Source of the DNA: an uncultured Enterobacterales bacterium
Lineage (GTDB): Bacteria; Myxococcota_A; UBA796; UBA2385
Length of the DNA stretch: 64,000 nt
Reading direction: 5' to 3'
Assembly (NCBI GenBank): GCA_964599085.1
Contig: CAZRFD010000013.1
Coordinates: 2,369 to 66,368, forward strand
Shown here: positions 63,059-64,000 of the stretch, one piece after another
How the letters are laid out: every line of letters starts with the position of its first letter
Numbering within the stretch: the stretch's first letter is position 1
Made by a program: the position numbers and the translations under genes
The notes under the pieces: generated by a model
The model's database searches: none
Told to the model about the DNA's origin: nothing
The model's input: the letters and a program-made list of their open reading frames with translations, nothing else

Positions 63059-63886
63059 GTGGACACCGTGCATCTCGTCCTGGCCTTCCTGCTGGCCTGC
63101 GCACGCCCCGATGCACCGCCGGAGCCAAGCATCGCTGCACCCTCGACGCCGCAGGCGCGGCCGGCCGACCCCGCAGAGGACCCCGCCATCACCGCTGCTC
63201 GCCAGTCCATGGTCGCCACCCAGCTCGCCGCCCGAGACATCGCCGATCCCCGGGTGCTCGCGGCCATGGGCGCGGTCCCGCGACACCGCTTCGTGCCCGA
63301 GTCGAGCTGGCCGCTTGCCTACCAAGACGGCGCCGCCCCCATCGGCCACGGCCAGACGATCAGCCAGCCCTACATCGTGGCCTTCATGACCCAGGCACTC
63401 GGGGTCCAGCCCGGCATGCGCGTGCTCGAGATCGGCACCGGCAGCGGCTACCAGGCAGCGGTCCTCAGCGAGCTGGGTGCCCAGGTGTGGAGCATCGAGA
63501 TCGTCGAGCCCCTGGCCCGCTGGGCGGACGGCTGCCTGCGGGCCGCCGGCTACCCGGTTGTGGAGAGCGACGAGGGGCCGGACGGGCCCCGTGACCCGGC
63601 GCTCCCCGCGCACCGCGGCTCGATCCACCTGCGCACCGGCGACGGCTACCGCGGCTGGCCGGAGCCCGGCGGTGCCCCCTTCGACCGCGTCATCGTGACC
63701 GCGTCGCCCGACCACGTGCCACCGGCCCTGGTCGAACAGCTCGCGGACGGTGGCCGCATGATCATCCCCGTCGGTGACGACTTCAGCCAGCAGCTCCTGC
63801 TGATCGAGCGCACACCGGAAGGCTTCACAGAGCGGCGGGTCCTACCGGTGCTCTTCGTGCCGATGACGGGAGAAGCGCAGAAGTGA
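63059..63886 (+). CDS. pcm: protein-L-isoaspartate O-methyltransferase with an N-terminal lipoprotein-type signal
   Basis: ...GQTISQPYIVAFM...VLEIGTGSGYQAAVL...DRVIVTAS... are PCMT motifs. The N-terminus reads VDTVHLVLAFLLACARP. The protein has an internal roughly 25-aa insertion (ESDEGPDGPRDPALPAHRG). Confidence 0.9.
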   Translation: MDTVHLVLAFLLACARPDAPPEPSIAAPSTPQARPADPAEDPAITAARQSMVATQLAARDIADPRVLAAMGAVPRHRFVPESSWPLAYQDGAAPIGHGQTISQPYIVAFMTQALGVQPGMRVLEIGTGSGYQAAVLSELGAQVWSIEIVEPLARWADGCLRAAGYPVVESDEGPDGPRDPALPAHRGSIHLRTGDGYRGWPEPGGAPFDRVIVTASPDHVPPALVEQLADGGRMIIPVGDDFSQQLLLIERTPEGFTERRVLPVLFVPMTGEAQK

Positions 63887-64000
63887 TCCCCCTGCTTGCA
63901 CTGCTGGCGGCCCCCGCGGCCGCAACCGAGGTCTTCCTGTCCGCGGCCCGGGCCCGCCAGCTCGTCGACGCGGGCGCGACGGTGATCGACGCCCGCGGCG
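63883..64000 (+). CDS. 5' end of an exported protein, possibly rhodanese-like (continues beyond the window)
   Basis: The GTG overlaps the pcm stop (GTGA). VIPLLALLAAPAAATEV is signal-like. ...ARQLVDAGATVIDARG resembles the start of a rhodanese domain. Only 39 codons are visible. Confidence 0.35.
   Translation, partial: MIPLLALLAAPAAATEVFLSAARARQLVDAGATVIDARG

Overview
This is a 64-kb bacterial chromosomal segment of roughly 70% G+C. I chose reading frames from G/C enrichment at codon position 3 plus recognisable sequence motifs. No database search was possible, so start codons are best guesses. The ORF track counts ATG, GTG and TTG as M, and many of its long ORFs are antisense or out-of-gene extensions. 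The gene content suggests a Myxococcota-like organism, which is an inference. That content includes many lipoproteins with Asp/Gly-rich linkers, MopE-type Cys-rich repeats with FG-GAP repeats, a sigma54-type promoter and two Hsp70s.

I call about 50 CDSs:
- Chaperones and protein repair: hemW-grpE-dnaK-dnaJ, a second atypical Hsp70, clpB, ftsH and pcm.
- Peptidases: M16, M13, an HExxH gluzincin and S8.
- Other recognisable genes: thiL, two CNNM/CorC genes, ligA, kdsA, a polyprenyl-phosphate sugar transferase, a PGM1-like ATP-grasp protein, D-aminoacylase, a BASS transporter, a B12-binding radical SAM enzyme, a UbiD-family decarboxylase, a VOC protein with a YafY/WYL regulator, and a Rieske protein.

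I recognised no rRNA, tRNA, CRISPR array, transposase or integrase.

The candidates I consider most worth a second look are:
1. A 4.6-kb S8-protease cassette (43.3-47.9 kb) bracketed by direct repeats of more than 100 nt that duplicate the 5' end of ubiD. It contains an internal tandem gene duplication with a chimeric junction ORF. Its repeat-rich leader carries a sigma54-like promoter and three 51-bp palindromic units.
2. A divergent pair at 25.1-28.0 kb: a degenerate STAND-like pseudo-NTPase and a 563-aa HTH protein.
3. A solitary, host-adapted contractile-tail tube (gp19/eCIS-type) gene between clpB and pcm.
4. An Hsp70 paralog with no helical lid and a MinD-like C-terminal amphipathic helix.
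5. A duplicated 24-bp palindrome upstream of the VOC/YafY genes.
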